DNA of 64,000 nucleotides from Octopus vulgaris (Eukaryota). The notes under the pieces were generated by a model. That model was given only the letters and a program-made list of their open reading frames with translations, made no database searches and was not told the origin of the DNA. The position numbers and the translations under genes are program-made. Numbering within the stretch: position 1 is the stretch's first letter; every line of letters starts with the position of its first letter. The stretch is taken from positions 17,980,001 through 18,044,000 of the forward strand of contig OX597832.1 of NCBI GenBank assembly GCA_951406725.2, read 5' to 3'. Shown here piece by piece: positions 27,622 through 43,363 of the stretch.

Positions 27622-28086
27622 TATAATTGCACACACATACACGCATGCATATATGTTATAAATTGACTGGGTACCCGTGTTCATTAAAACATGAGATTCT
27701 GTCTGGGAGATGCACAACATAATCTACAGCGTATTTTAAATTCTCCCGGTTTTGTCGGAAGGAAAACTAGTATCCAAGTACCTGTACGTACATACGTACG
27801 TATACACACATCCACATTTGCACACACACACATCCACACACATATACGTTTGTGTGTGTGTGTGTGTGCCATATTGGTCGAATCAGTCTGTTGCTACTCT
27901 AAACTGCAGTTGCTAGTACCACGAGTTTTTAGGCAAGGCCGTTACCCAACCAGCTCAGCAGAATACTGATTTCGCCAAAATAAAATTAAATATAATAACC
28001 TCTAAATTGGTGTTCAGAACTCTAATAGTCGGAACTAAACGTTTGCATATGTGCGTGCATCTTTATATGTGTGTTTGTTTATGTGT

Positions 28087-28146
<60 letters not shown>

Positions 28147-28175
28147 TTGTAAGAATATATAAATGCACATAACTT

Positions 28176-29170
28176 GGCGCACGTGTGGCTGTGTGGTAAC
28201 TTGCTTACCGTTTGGATAGAGGACACTATCCGCCGGGTCTGGGTGGCAGCGGGCCCAAGCTTTAAAATGTGAAATTGTTGTCTGCGTCTGATTGGGTGGT
28301 GTCAAAAGCGGTTTTAAACCTATAGACCCAATCAGCCGCTAAAGATCTGCTATTTCCTGATTTTTTTCTTTAAATGGCCCGTTTGCAAGTACCCAATGAT
28401 AATTGAGGGACGCCTCCCCAAGTGTCACCTGTGGCTGGAACCGGGGGCCATATTAAGAAGAACAGTCCTCAGGATCAATGTAGGGTCCTGGAGCAGTTAA
28501 TAAAAGTAGTGCCCCCTTCCTTTGGAGGCAGTCGGGTAGGTGGAGACCTCAAAAATGAAGGGAGAAAGAGAAGAAAGTGGGCAACATTGGTTGCCCACCG
28601 AAGAACCAATATAGTTTTGCTGTTTGGAGCCCCGACTTAGAGATGCAGGATTGCCTGCGGGTGGCATGTAGTCTGGTTGGGGAGGAATGGTAAGAAACCT
28701 TAGTGCCTTAGTTTCAATTTGTATTTTTTGGTAAGAAGCTCATCGCCTCAATTTGCCTCCATTTTTTGAACTGTGGTGAGAGGTTCAATACCTCATTTTG
28801 TTTTGTTGAAAAATAGAGAACAAGGTTTTTGAAAAACAGCGAGTGTAATTTGCTTCACCCATCAACCATTTTTTTCATTCCATTATCATTGTGTCTCTGT
28901 CCAGCCCGCAGCTTCATCTTTGAAATAAATTTATCTTCCTTCCCAACAACATGATTCCAGGTTCAGTCCCAATGTGTGGCACCATGGTTGTGGTTGCTGG
29001 TTTGTTTATATCGGTGAAGCATTGCGGTTCGGCAAAGCAATCGGTTAATATATGTCCCAGGCTTTAAAAAAACAAAAAGTCCTGGGGTAGATTATCTTCA
29101 TTAAAACTCTTCAAGTAGATGCGTTTGCAAAGCCACGGTTCAATGGCTGAAACATGTCAAAGATAAAAAG
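28176..29170 (+). mobile_element. SINE family A split by a ~735-bp insertion
   Basis: Head gtgtggctgtgtggtaacttgctt (to 28206) resumes as cccaacaacatgattccaggttcagtccc (28942). Tail runs to about 29170. Confidence 0.8.
28207..28941. mobile_element. Unclassified, more GC-rich insertion (possible solo LTR)
   Basis: Bounded by the interrupted SINE head. CCAAT boxes (gattgg about 28290, ccaatc about 28328) and AATAAA near the right end. No microsatellites. Confidence 0.5.
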
Positions 29171-29421
29171 ATCCCTAAACATATCTTTACATATTTATGC
29201 AGTATGAGAAACAAATAAGGAAATATAAACCACGCATGCCGACTTATTATTTTCATATTGTTATGGATTAAATTTATTAAACATTATTGCTGATAAATGT
29301 AATCGGTTATTATCTTTTTGATTAATCATATAAAATTCATATATATTCACCATCAATTGAACTAATTGCTATGCATTCAGGTATAGAATCATATAGACTA
29401 ACTTTCATTCACACACATATT

Positions 29422-29482
<61 letters not shown>

Positions 29483-29488
29483 CATAAA

Positions 29489-29530
<42 letters not shown>

Positions 29531-30382
29531 CATATATGTATATATATATACATAGATAGTCTCACACGGTTGAAGGAAGAAGAGGAAAAAAATAAGTCTG
29601 GAAAAATAATTAGCTATTTCAACTGATACGACTGATGAAGAAATATTCAAATGCAGGTATATACAAACAAATGTTTTGAAATTTAAATATGTAAATATAA
29701 CGATCCATTACCAAGAATATATCATATTGAAATTATTTCTAAGGAAGAACTTTCGTATGATTACCTATGCAGTTCATAATTTATCTTAGAGAAATATTTC
29801 ACTTCTTATTGAAGTAAAACATGCACTAATCATATTGAATTGCTCGTATATTGTATAATATTGTTTGAGATTATAAAATATTTCTTAAAGTATTTGTATT
29901 AGGATGTTGTGAAAGTACCTTGGATTGCAGAAGCATTTAATGAAATACTTGCAATTTTTTCTGAGATGTTTTGGTTCATTATAAGTGTTCAAATCCTACC
30001 TAAAGAATTTAAGTTTCCTTTTGAATTTTGAGGACCCTTCGAAGTAGATTACTGTATGTTTCTCTGATGAGTTTATACTCTAACTGAAGTCATAGCAGTA
30101 CTGATTTGTGTTCTTTTTTCTCAGTTATATTCCACCATAAACGTGAGGGTATTCCATGACCGGGTTCATGTCAGCAATGTTTCAAAGTGAGGGGTGATTC
30201 GAGTACATTAAACCCAGTTTTACATTTCAATCATGGTACTAATACTACAACTAGCGGTTTCTTATCGGACATTAAATTACACTGGTACACACACACACAC
30301 ACACTCACACACATACGCACACACACACACACACATACGCAAACACACATATATATATATGTATCTATATTTATAAATATTA

Positions 30383-30609
30383 AAATTATAATTTAGGGTA
30401 TCTAAGAGATACCACACTCCTGGTGTTTAATGAAGATTTTATGTGGTTTTAGAGTCAAGTTTTCGCTCCTATTTCCAGTCTTGTGGTATCTCTTAGAAAA
30501 CCTTAAATTATAATTTGAATAATAATTATTACCTTTGAAGGTTTTATTCCCATGCTGGCCACCTTATAAGATCGGTATTTAGATATCGATTTTGTCCTAG
30601 TTTAAAAAA

Positions 30610-30612
<3 letters not shown>
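30383..30612. mobile_element. Short microsatellite-flanked element with a 34-bp inverted repeat (PLE pseudo-LTR-like)
   Basis: aaattataatttagggtatctaagagataccaca (30383-30416) versus tgtggtatctcttagaaaaccttaaattataattt (30482-30516). Shares AATTTAGGGTA with the 53161 element. Confidence 0.5.
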
Positions 30613-30671
<59 letters not shown>

Positions 30672-30835
30672 TTATACATATGTGTGTGTGTGTGTTACGG
30701 AGATGTACTTGCATAGCAAGTAACCTGATCTGGGATCGTGTGCTGGAACGAAAATAATTGCAGTGTGGAAGGTGTTTATAAGCCATTTAAGAAACACGCA
30801 AAAACCGTTAGATTCACTTCAACATATAAATTTAA

Positions 30836-30886
30836 TTTGTCACAATATTTTCGTCGCTTTGAGACCGCGACCTGTTCACTGACAAA
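30836..30886 (-). ncRNA. Type I hammerhead variant with a G3-C8-G17 core
   Basis: Minus strand TTTGTCA-GTGAACAG-GTCGC ggtctcaaa GCGAC-GAAAATATT-G-TGACAAA. Perfect 7-bp stem I, perfect 5-bp stem II, palindromic AATATT stem III. Confidence 0.7.
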
Positions 30887-30905
30887 ACTTCAGATGCAGC
30901 ACGAA

Positions 30906-30980
30906 GTCTTACAGCCGTTTCTGTGTAACCCGAGCGGTAGATTCTTATGTCCACACACTGGGTATTCCGTCATCAGAGGC
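30906..30980 (-). ncRNA. Type I hammerhead-like motif with canonical CUGAUGA core and extended stem II
   Basis: Minus strand GCCT-CTGATGA-CGGAATACCC...GGGTTACACA-GAAAC GGCT GTA-AGAC. GUA triplet; stems I and II are imperfect. Confidence 0.55.
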
Positions 30981-31120
30981 AATTTACGAATATTCTAAAC
31001 AGGGAAATTTAGAATTTACAAAAAATAAAATCGTAGTTTAAAAGTTATAAATTACAATAATAAAGCACTCTATTTCATTCCTTACATACTGTGAATTTTA
31101 TCCCTTGTAAGCTCTTTAAT

Positions 31121-31557
<437 letters not shown>

Positions 31558-31585
31558 CCTTTGTCTAAATTATTTATATCTTGAT

Positions 31586-31656
31586 CTGCTGACAGAATAC
31601 CCAGTGATTGGACATAATAACATACCGGTCGGGGTATCTCAGGGACAGTTGTAGGA
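31586..31656 (+). repeat. Degenerate inverted copy of the 30906-30980 HHR-like motif
   Basis: ctgctgacagaatacccagtgattggacataa...gggtatctcagggacagttgtagga aligns with the reverse complement of 30906-30976. Confidence 0.7.
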
Positions 31657-32285
31657 ATTTAAATTTACATTACTCTAATTAAGTTATTCTAAATGACATG
31701 AGACAATCGTTCTGCTTTGGTTTGTTTTTATTTTTCGTCTAATGTAATACACACACACATAGACAAACACACACACACACACAAAAACACACACACATAC
31801 ACACATATATAAAAACATAGTCCGACAACGGCATAGCGTGACGATGCATCTCAGTCTAAGAATAATATGGTGTTTTTTAGCCTAAGAAATATATTCAGTA
31901 CACGTTCAAATTGAGATAAAGTCGTTTTATACAATAAAATGAGGTATAGATGTATGTATATATTGAAAAAGAATAGTTTTCATAGTGACTTCGAAATTTC
32001 GACTAACGACTCCTCCAACATTGAACTGTTTGAAGTTGGGTTAGCTTCCCGAACCTTCGAGCTCGTTATCAATTATATCCTTGTTAAAGAATAATATATA
32101 CATACATACATAAACACATGCATACATACATACATACATACATACATACATACATACATACATACATACATAAATACAGATAGAAAAAAACAGGCTTACA
32201 GATAGATAAATAGACCGATAAACAGATAGCTAGGTTACGGGGACCTAAAAAGGCAGATAATTACACAGACAGACAGACAGATAAG

Positions 32286-32469
<184 letters not shown>

Positions 32470-32482
32470 CAGATAGACAGAC

Positions 32483-32533
<51 letters not shown>

Positions 32534-33210
32534 ATCAATTATGCATGCAAATTCACAGATATATAACACATGAACTAACACGTACAAACGCATACTTTAC
32601 ATACCTACATACATATATACATACATACATACATACATACATACATACATACATACATACATACATACATACATACATGCATACGTGCACGTACGTAAAT
32701 TCAGGGAAACAGGAATGAATATTAATTTAAATTTTACACTACCGTGGTAATAATTTTACTTCTCAATTTAATTGCTTTAAAATCAATGGCTGATCGCTTA
32801 TGATGTATTTAGATTTTATCAATTAGTTTCCAAGAACTCACCAAAGCCAACATAAACGAAAAACAAAGAAAAAATTAAATAAATAAACTACAAGAAAGAC
32901 GATAAATAAGAAAAAGGATTCCTGAAAACAAAGTAAGAAAATTATACCAAAATCATATAAGCAATGAAGGCCAGAATTATATTTAAACAAAACAATAAGA
33001 GACAACAACCAGAAGAGAAACATCAGCAACATCATTTAAACAATGTCAATGAGAACAAAAGGAAGAATATATAAAACTCATTTGTGAATCAGAAATTGAT
33101 TACTTTCATAATGTATATATTTATTTTAGCAATTTCCTGAATAGGATCCGTCTATATACATACATATGAGTACATACATATACATACGTATATAAATATA
33201 AATAAATAAA

Positions 33211-33275
<65 letters not shown>

Positions 33276-33362
33276 ATGTATTTTTGAATATTTTTAATTA
33301 TCATTGAGAAGTATATATATATATATGTATATATATAAATATGTATATATATTCATATATTC

Positions 33363-33410
<48 letters not shown>

Positions 33411-33641
33411 TATATATATGTATATATTCATATATATACATATCTATTATGTATATATTCATATATATACATATCTATTATGTATATATTCATATATATA
33501 CATATCTATATACGTGCATAAATATATACATGGAAATATACATATATATATGCGTGTACATATACATATATATGCATGTATATATATATATATATGAATA
33601 CAAGCGTATAGATGCATATATTAGTATTATATGCATATATG

Positions 33642-33703
<62 letters not shown>

Positions 33704-34027
33704 ATAAAATGAATTTATGTGTGCGTCACGTAATATCTTTAGTGTTCTCCTTTTAGTATGTATGTGTATGTCTTATGCTAGCGTTCTCCTCTATATATGT
33801 GTATACTGGAGGTGAGTGTGTGAGTCTTACTTTCCATTAACAGCATTTCCTTCATCTGTCCTCCGTTTCAATAGATTTTAATGAATCTTTATCTCTTCTA
33901 AGTATCTAAATATCTCTGAAAAATAAAATTAATAATGACATACGCCACAAACACTCACTCACACACACGTTTGTAAATGTATATGTGTATTAACCTATGT
34001 ATATACACACGCGTTTGTATATAAATA

Positions 34028-34116
<89 letters not shown>

Positions 34117-36593
34117 TTATGTATGTGGATGTACGTTTATATGAGCCCATTTCATTGTTTCTTTCGTATGAATCTTAATGGATAACAAGTAAGTATCTTC
34201 TTATGAACGAGTATTTTCCGTTTTTACTTCTTTTAATTTTACTAATGATTTGAGCCAATGAATGCAGTTACGATGACACATAACATTTAGTGTAATTAAA
34301 AAAAAAATTAAACAATGCTGAGATGAGAATGTAGAAATTCTTTCTGGGTTCAAATTTGAAATAATGTCCTTAGTTAGGGCCTTCATATCTCAAAATGCAG
34401 CCAGAGCTGTAATGGCTTTGGGACAATGTAGTTAAAAAATATTGTTGTGAACTGTAATAGATTTGTAAGTAGAATTAATAGCGTAGATCATTACCTAACT
34501 TTGTTCTCACATTAACAAAATTATACTTTCTCTCTTCGTAGCTTCAATATGGATGTATGTATGTATGTATACACACAAACACATACATACACACACAAAT
34601 GCACACGCAAATACTCTCTCTCACATACACATAAACACACATATGTATATATGCATGCTGGCATGTAGAGATATATACACACACGGATATTGCTGCGTAT
34701 AATCTACCCGCAGAATTTTCGATATTTGAGTCTATACATATACCCGTTATTTAAATGTTGTTTTTACAAACAATATATTTAATTCAAATATGTCCTTATT
34801 TCAGAAATATATTTAACTAAAAAATGTAAAAATTGTTTGCCGGCTGGAACTGGAGAAGAAGGAAATTTAAATATATTCTGAATTATTCAAAATTTATGTA
34901 TATTCGGGTTTATTCGCATCTATGTAAGACAATGTCTGAAATATCATTATTCAAAATTGCAGCCTATGATTAAATGCTTAGAGAATATATAATGTAATTT
35001 GTTGTTGTTGCTCTTATTGTTTATGTCACTATAAAGAAATTCTTATATAAGCATTCACCTGCATTACGTTGAGAGAGGACAATTTATTAAATCTCTTTCA
35101 GTATTTAATTGACCGGTCTTGATATTACATGGGACAAAGGCGATGTAAGTTTTTTTTTTTAAATCTTTTTAATGATAAAGATAAATCGTCTGGAATTTAT
35201 AATTCATCAGAGTAATTTTGTCCGATGAGAATCTCCTGCACTCCTGTCCTGTACCCACCTCAATAAATCTTTTGCCCGCTGAGTGGACACCAATAATATT
35301 TTAGTATAGCAAATAGTACAAGTCACAATGTACCTCCGACAACAGATATCTAAACCAAATGCATTATGATCCAGAGTCAAGATAGCTGAACACTAGGCCA
35401 TGTATGCTGTCCCTCTAGTATAATATATTGTGCACACAAAATACTCTCACTAGTGTGTAGATTTAGGAAAACATGGCCAGGTATCACTTTCAATGTTCTG
35501 AAAATCTCATGGAAGTTATCCCTCTTATTTTATTATTCTATGAATAAGAGACTTTATTCATTGGTCAACCAGAAGTCTACAAGCTCATTACGCCGGTAGG
35601 ATACTCAGGTTTCTCTGACTTAGAAGCAACATGACACAATGTTTCCTTTGAATGTGTTACCTGTTAGTTTGAGGTACAAACCCCAAAAATTATTTGTACT
35701 AAGTTTTTATGAAAGTAAATTTAACAAGACGAAAAGAATTATTTTATTAAAACGCATAACTGGTAGCTCCGCCTAAGAATCGAAACCAAAACATAACGAT
35801 AGGGTTTTCAGCACACTATAGATAAGGGTCATGATAAAAACTTTATGAACTTCGTCAGTAAAAATAAGAATGTGATATTTATCTATCAATTTTGTGACAA
35901 CATACTTATGTTCACTATATAAGATATAGAAAAAAAATTATCCAAATTCACCATAACGGTGAAATGAATAATAATAATAATAACAATTAACTAGAGTGGA
36001 TTCAGGAAAAATTAAAGAAAGGCCTAATAACGATTCTAAATCTGAGAGAAAATAAAGAAAACTTCAAGTGGGTAATAGTAAACTCCTTACCAAAAAAAAA
36101 AACAACCCCCCAGACAATATTAAAACGATGAGCAGATATTGTTGCTAGTGGGGTATCCAAAAGGGCACCATAAATTTGGTGATCAATCTTACGAAACGTG
36201 AATCCACAACATATACTTCATTATTTTAGAATGGGGGAGGGAATGTTTGATAGTATAAAAACTGGAACCAGAAAGCGAGAGTGAGAGAGAGAGAAAGAAA
36301 GAGGAGACACAGGTATATTCGTAAATCGTACACGCATATAGAAACACGTAAAGAGATCGACGAAATGCGTGCACGGAGGTAAGCAAAGTGGTACCAATGC
36401 GAATATGTATACACAAATATGGGCCTACAAATTCACATATATATATAGACGCATAAACTCACGTTTGTGTGTGTATGTGTGTTTGTATGTGAGTATATAT
36501 TATATATATATATATATATACATATATATGTTTGTATATATATATATTGTGTCTGCATATTTTGTGCGTGAGAGCACTTACAAATATATATAT

Positions 36594-36672
<79 letters not shown>

Positions 36673-36721
36673 TGTATATATATGTATATATGGAAGTATA
36701 AATATAAATATAAATAAATAA

Positions 36722-36755
<34 letters not shown>

Positions 36756-37346
36756 ATATATATGTATATATGTATGTGTATATACATACATATATATATA
36801 TATATATGTATATATGTATATATATACATATATATATATATATATGTATAAACATATATATATATTGGAGACAGAGAGAGGATGGGGAAAAACGTGCAAA
36901 GACTAGCATAAATGTATCGAACAAGTAAAATATACTACTAATAATAATGTGATCGATGGATAAATGATATAAACGTTAAATTCACGAAGGAGAAAGAAAA
37001 ATAAAGAGAAAATTAATCTGATATTTAGGACTCTATCTAAGGAAGGAGACATTAAAACATTAAATTCTAGCATTAATACTGACGTAGTGCCACACAGATA
37101 TGTGTATTTACGTACATATGTATAAGTTTATGTATGTATGTATGTATATGTATATGTATATGTGTATATATATATATGTGTATAAATGCGACATATATAG
37201 TCGTACACGGACTTCATAGCACCAAACCCATACACACATACACACACATATATCTTTACATATATACAAGTATTACACAGCCAAATACACAGATAGACAT
37301 ATATAATGTTTATGAGTATATCTGTATACGAGAATAATGTATATGA

Positions 37347-37441
<95 letters not shown>

Positions 37442-37447
37442 CATATA

Positions 37448-37493
<46 letters not shown>

Positions 37494-37498
37494 CATAT

Positions 37499-37556
<58 letters not shown>

Positions 37557-38161
37557 ATATTTATATATATATATATAAATGCACATCTATATAGATATAT
37601 ATAAATGAGACAGCGATGCGTAGAGATTACAGATACATAATTATCGTTCTGTATGGAAATTCTTGGCCATTTTCCCCGAGTAAGGAATTGCAAGACGAAA
37701 GGAATGTGCGATTCGGTTATCTGAAATATTTTTTGGCTACCTTTAGAAATGAGCAATCATAGAGAACGAAATGTCACCAAGTGATAAGAAAGGCTTGTAA
37801 AGGTCATGACATTAAGTTAGAGATTTCGTTTCAAAATGGTGGACTTTTCATTGCTGAATGGGTATCTCTCATCAAGAGCAATTGAAAGACACAAGCCTAT
37901 CAGCCTAAATACACACATATATGAGGACAAACAGACTGTTAGATATGAAAGCATTGACAGGCAGTAATACTAGCATCAATCGTATACGCTTACACACGCG
38001 TAAACACGCTCACACATATGTACACTCCCATACTCAGTCGCACATATATGTGACAGACATTCTCATACAGACATAGATATTCGCACATGTATACAGAGAA
38101 TCTTCAAACACGCGTCACGGACGAATCACCACACGCATTAAACTTTATATATGTATGTGTA

Positions 38162-38196
<35 letters not shown>

Positions 38197-38328
38197 CATC
38201 TATATATACATATACATGTATATATATATATATATGTGTATGTATATATATATATATTTATATATATATATATATATGTATGTATATATATATATATATG
38301 TGTGTGTGCGTGTATATACATATATATA

Positions 38329-38374
<46 letters not shown>

Positions 38375-39078
38375 CACGCATACATATATTCGCAATATGT
38401 GACAGTAAGTGAAATGCGCATGAATATATTTCTCAGATATACACACGCGCACACGCACACAAACGCATGCGCACACGCGCACACAAACGCGCACACACAG
38501 GAACGTGAGCATACACAAGAGCAAAAACCCACGGGCACACACACATATATATGTATATATACACACATATATATATGTGTGTATATATGTGTGTGTGTAT
38601 GTGTGTGTGTGTGAAATAGACCAACAGTTGTATATATATATATATATATGCCTGTATATATTTCCATGTCTATATATGATTATATATCAAATATGATATT
38701 TGATAACATAACAACATTAGAAAGATACAATATATCATATGTCTAAAGCAATATTCGATGAATTTCAGGACCAATTCTTCGCTTGAAGTAATTCTTTATG
38801 AAATTAAATTATAACTTATTTGAACACTTCATGGAACGTCTCTGTCTGCCTTTCTCCCGTTTTTTCACTCCCGTTCCCCTCTTTCTATTTCAAATACTCT
38901 CTCTCTCTCTCTCATTCACACATACACTCATATGATATTACATGAACATAGACTCACTTGCATAATACAATTTCTGTAGTCGATCTATAAAATATATGAG
39001 AAGAACATTATATGCATGCGTACACAAAGTACATACATGCATACATGCATACAAAGATACACGCATGCATTTGTGTAC

Positions 39079-39127
<49 letters not shown>

Positions 39128-39171
39128 AACATATATGTGCGTATACACACACTTACATATATATATATATG

Positions 39172-39220
<49 letters not shown>

Positions 39221-39345
39221 GTATATATTTATATATGTATATATATATGTGTGTGTGTGTGTGTGTATATGAATATATCATACATATGCACATGTATATT
39301 TAGATATGCATTGTTTTGCATCGTTGTATACTTAAAAGCGTACGC

Positions 39346-39407
<62 letters not shown>

Positions 39408-40673
39408 TGAGAGAGAGATTTATATTTTCATATGTACATACGTGAATATCGTAGATCATAGGTTAATTTCAATGTAGGAAGGTACATCTTATTTTCCCTT
39501 TTTTTTTGTGCGTGTATGTATACATGCCCTTGATAAATTTTTATTTTTGTTCAGAAGAAAAGTTTTCGTTTGGAGAGAAGTTTTGAAAACAAGTTTAAAT
39601 GTAAATCATACTCCTTACATTAATTCATACATACTCATATATATATGTTATGTATATTCCAAAACTACATTTCTCACAGACTGTCCGCTTCTATCTCCCT
39701 ATCTCTCTCTACCGCATTATATCTGTGTGCGTATGAGTTTATGTGTGTATGTATGCTTGTACGATTGTGTATGGCTGTATCTATTTTCCTTTTTTGTGGA
39801 TTACGGTTAATGTCTAGAAGTACTAATTTAGAACGAATTAAAATCAATTCTCAAAGTTACAATGAAAAAAAAAAATTGAGATCAAACTTCTTTCACGAAC
39901 CATAAATACTTAGGCCCAGTTTGCTCCGCTTTGCCTGGTTTATATTCTCCACCGTACGCGTCGCCGATTTGATAAGGATTGCTCATATTTTGCTAAGTGA
40001 ACTATATCATTGTGAAAGGAAGTGTTTTGCTCAAGAAAACAGCGCATGGTCAGGTCCTGGGATCGAAACAACAACCTTAAAAACTTGAGTCCAGAACCCT
40101 AAATAAGAACCTACGCACCTCTGACAACGATGCTACATATGTAACAAATTATGCTTCCTTTGTCACAAACAGCCGGGTAACTTATAGAATTTATATGCGG
40201 TCACGTAAGATTTCAAGCTTTACCGCTTATGTTTGCAATTGAAGATACATGCCCATTACCGCCTAACAATTTTTAGAGAAACTCGTGCATTTTGATTGCA
40301 GATAAGATATCTTATTAAATATTGCGTTTAGTAAACGGTAATTAACTTCGATATTTTCCTGGATTAACTCACAAATATTAATGAAAATTGTAATCAGTCT
40401 ATGTCGCAGGTGGGTACTGTGCATTGTTGAAGGCAATTTTATAATGGGTATAACGTAAATCACAGTAATATTTTTCCTTAGCTTCCGATGCATGCACTTA
40501 ACTGTTACTGTTGAGGGCGAGTCTCTAAGGCAGCATTTGGGATACAGATACCTAATTTGAAAACGTGGAGTGCGTGTTTATTTCTGAGAATATGACACTC
40601 GACTCTTTCGCTCAACATATTTCTTCATCATACTATTATATACACAAAGTTTACATGTATAGACACATACATA

Positions 40674-40714
<41 letters not shown>

Positions 40715-40859
40715 ATTTATGTTTGTTAGTTTGTATGTATGCATGTATGAATGCATATATGCGTGTGTGTATTTGTGTGTATATAGGCATATATGCACGC
40801 ATATATCTATGTACGTAAGTATATATACACACACACATATATATATATATATACATATT

Positions 40860-40896
<37 letters not shown>

Positions 40897-41380
40897 ATGT
40901 GTGTGTGTGTGTAGTTTCATAAATATCTCCCGTTGACAAGAAATAATTTGAATAATTTTCTTCACAATTTATCTAGACGAGACGAAGCCAGATCATGTGT
41001 CATTGTTTAAGAGAATTGCAACATTTCTTAACTTTATTTTGAACCCGTATTTTCTGAAAATGCGGTGTTTCATCCTTTTTTGATCTAAATTTAATTTCTA
41101 TGACGCAATAATTATATCCACTAAAATCCATAAATGTCCATAGAAGCTCGTAGACATATTTCAGCAAAAATTCTGACGTAATAAAAAATTAATTGTGTTG
41201 CAATAAACAATATACTCTACTTCTTGTGTTAAATACACATCCAGCCAACATATTATATAAAACAGCGCGTTTACATACTTATGCATGTGTATATCTAAAC
41301 TATGATTCCTGACGAATATGTTTATATATTTATATACGTAATTTATCTCTCTCCCTCTCTCTCTTATTCTGTGTGTGTGC

Positions 41381-41456
<76 letters not shown>

Positions 41457-41751
41457 CTATGTATACAGTCATATAATAATATAATATATAAATATATGTA
41501 TATATACATACGTATATGTACATACCTACATATATATGTATGTATATATAAATATATGGGTGCAGGACATCAAAAAAAAAACTTTGAACACAATGGGAAA
41601 CGAAAGCATAAAAACAAAAACATAGAAACAAACTTTTTTCGAACAGCGAAAAAAAAACAGAGAAAGGAGACATGTAACATACAGAATATCCCCCTTGATC
41701 AGTTTCCTCTACTCCGCGTTTTCGAACGCCCATACACACATACACACACAC

Positions 41752-41916
41752 AGGGAGGTGGGTCGGTGGTAAGAACCTTGCTTTCCAACCACATTGTTCC
41801 AGGTTTAGTCCCACTGCGTGGCACCTCGGGTAAGTGTCTTCTACTACAGCCTCGGTTCAACCAAATCCTTGTGAGTGGATTTGGTAAAGGGAAACTGAAA
41901 GAAGCTCTTCTTGTAT

Positions 41917-41982
<66 letters not shown>

Positions 41983-42191
41983 GTTTGTGTGTGCCCGTGT
42001 TTGTTCCTCCGACATCCTTTAGCAAAAGATTCTGCTGTTTTCACGTCCCTGTAACTTAGCCGTGTGTCACAAGTGTCCGACAGAATAAGTACTAGGCTTA
42101 GAAAGACTGTCTTGGGGCGATTCATTCAACTAAAGGCGGTGCTACAGCATGGCCAAAATTAAATTACTGAAACAAGTAAAAGAATAAAAGA

Positions 42192-42192
<1 letters not shown>
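41752..42192 (+). mobile_element. SINE family A, full length
   Basis: Head, internal (TA)n and tail ...ggcggtgctacagcatggcc...actgaaacaagtaaaagaataaaag. Confidence 0.9.
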
Positions 42193-42246
<54 letters not shown>

Positions 42247-43363
42247 TGTATGTATGTATGTATGTATGTATGTATATGTATATAGCGAGACGAGCAAAGA
42301 GACAGAAAGACAGATGATTTTGTCTCCGAGGTATACCTATTCGAGTTTTTAATTCTTGTGTATATTCTTCATTTGATTTCAAACATCGTGTTTCTAATGT
42401 AATAAACTCTTTCTTTGCTTAATTTATTCATATAGAATATCAATCTCCATCTTCCTTTTTCTTTCTACTTCAACAATCTCGACTATATTCTGCGTTCGTT
42501 TTCCATTCTTCGAAATATTTTTTTCTAGTCAATTATATTTTTATCCTCTATCTTTATATTTATTAAAGCTCCAAATATTCATAACTCATGCTTAATTTTT
42601 ATTATTGCCCGATTTCGATATCCGTCATCCTCATTATGTAATCCTCATTATCATTATATCTGTGAAGTTTCTACTTCCTTCTCCGCCATATTATTTTCTC
42701 CCTCATCACTTCAAATATGTCATTGCTTCTTTTTCTTTTCCCGTCTTTGAATGTAGCCTATTGATTAATTTCAATTTTCGGCAGTGGTTCCATCAAACAT
42801 TAGCACTGAGATATTTTTTTCTCCGCTAATTCTCATTTGAATCTTGCGTCACTGCACAGGATTTTCATTCAATTACGGTTACGAAAGCAAATTTCTTTAT
42901 TATATCATTTTTCAAACAGATCGTAATTACAGTTAATTCAACAAGAATGATGCTGCGCATTTTCAATAAATATGGGATCAAAATGAAAATAAGGGATGTT
43001 TCAATTATTTCAGCACAAAGGCGTACATGATCTGGCTTCATCTTATTTACAAAAGTTGTGGACAAAAAAATTTTAAATCATTTCTTGTCAACAGGAGATA
43101 CTTTTGAAAGGAATTATCCATACTTGCTTACCTACATAGATACATAGATACATACATGCATGCATGTATTCGTATGCATATATGTGCTTACATGTGCGTA
43201 CATGTGTGCGTGCATGTGCGTAAATGTGTGCATGCATGTGTGTGTACACGTGCATATATGTGTGTACATATACATATGTGCACGTACATATAGAAACGAA
43301 CATATGTATACTTACAACTATTTAAACGTCCATATATTTATGTGTATGTTGATATATATATAC

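Noticed and set aside
29632-30095. CTGATGA strings at 29632 and 30064
   Set aside because: No correctly placed GAAA or stem I. Heptamer hits are expected in AT-rich DNA.
41550-41730. Minus-strand fragments CGAAAACGCGGA and CTGATCAAGGGG in a TA-flanked patch
   Set aside because: Possibly a decayed pLTR, but no complete HHR can be folded.
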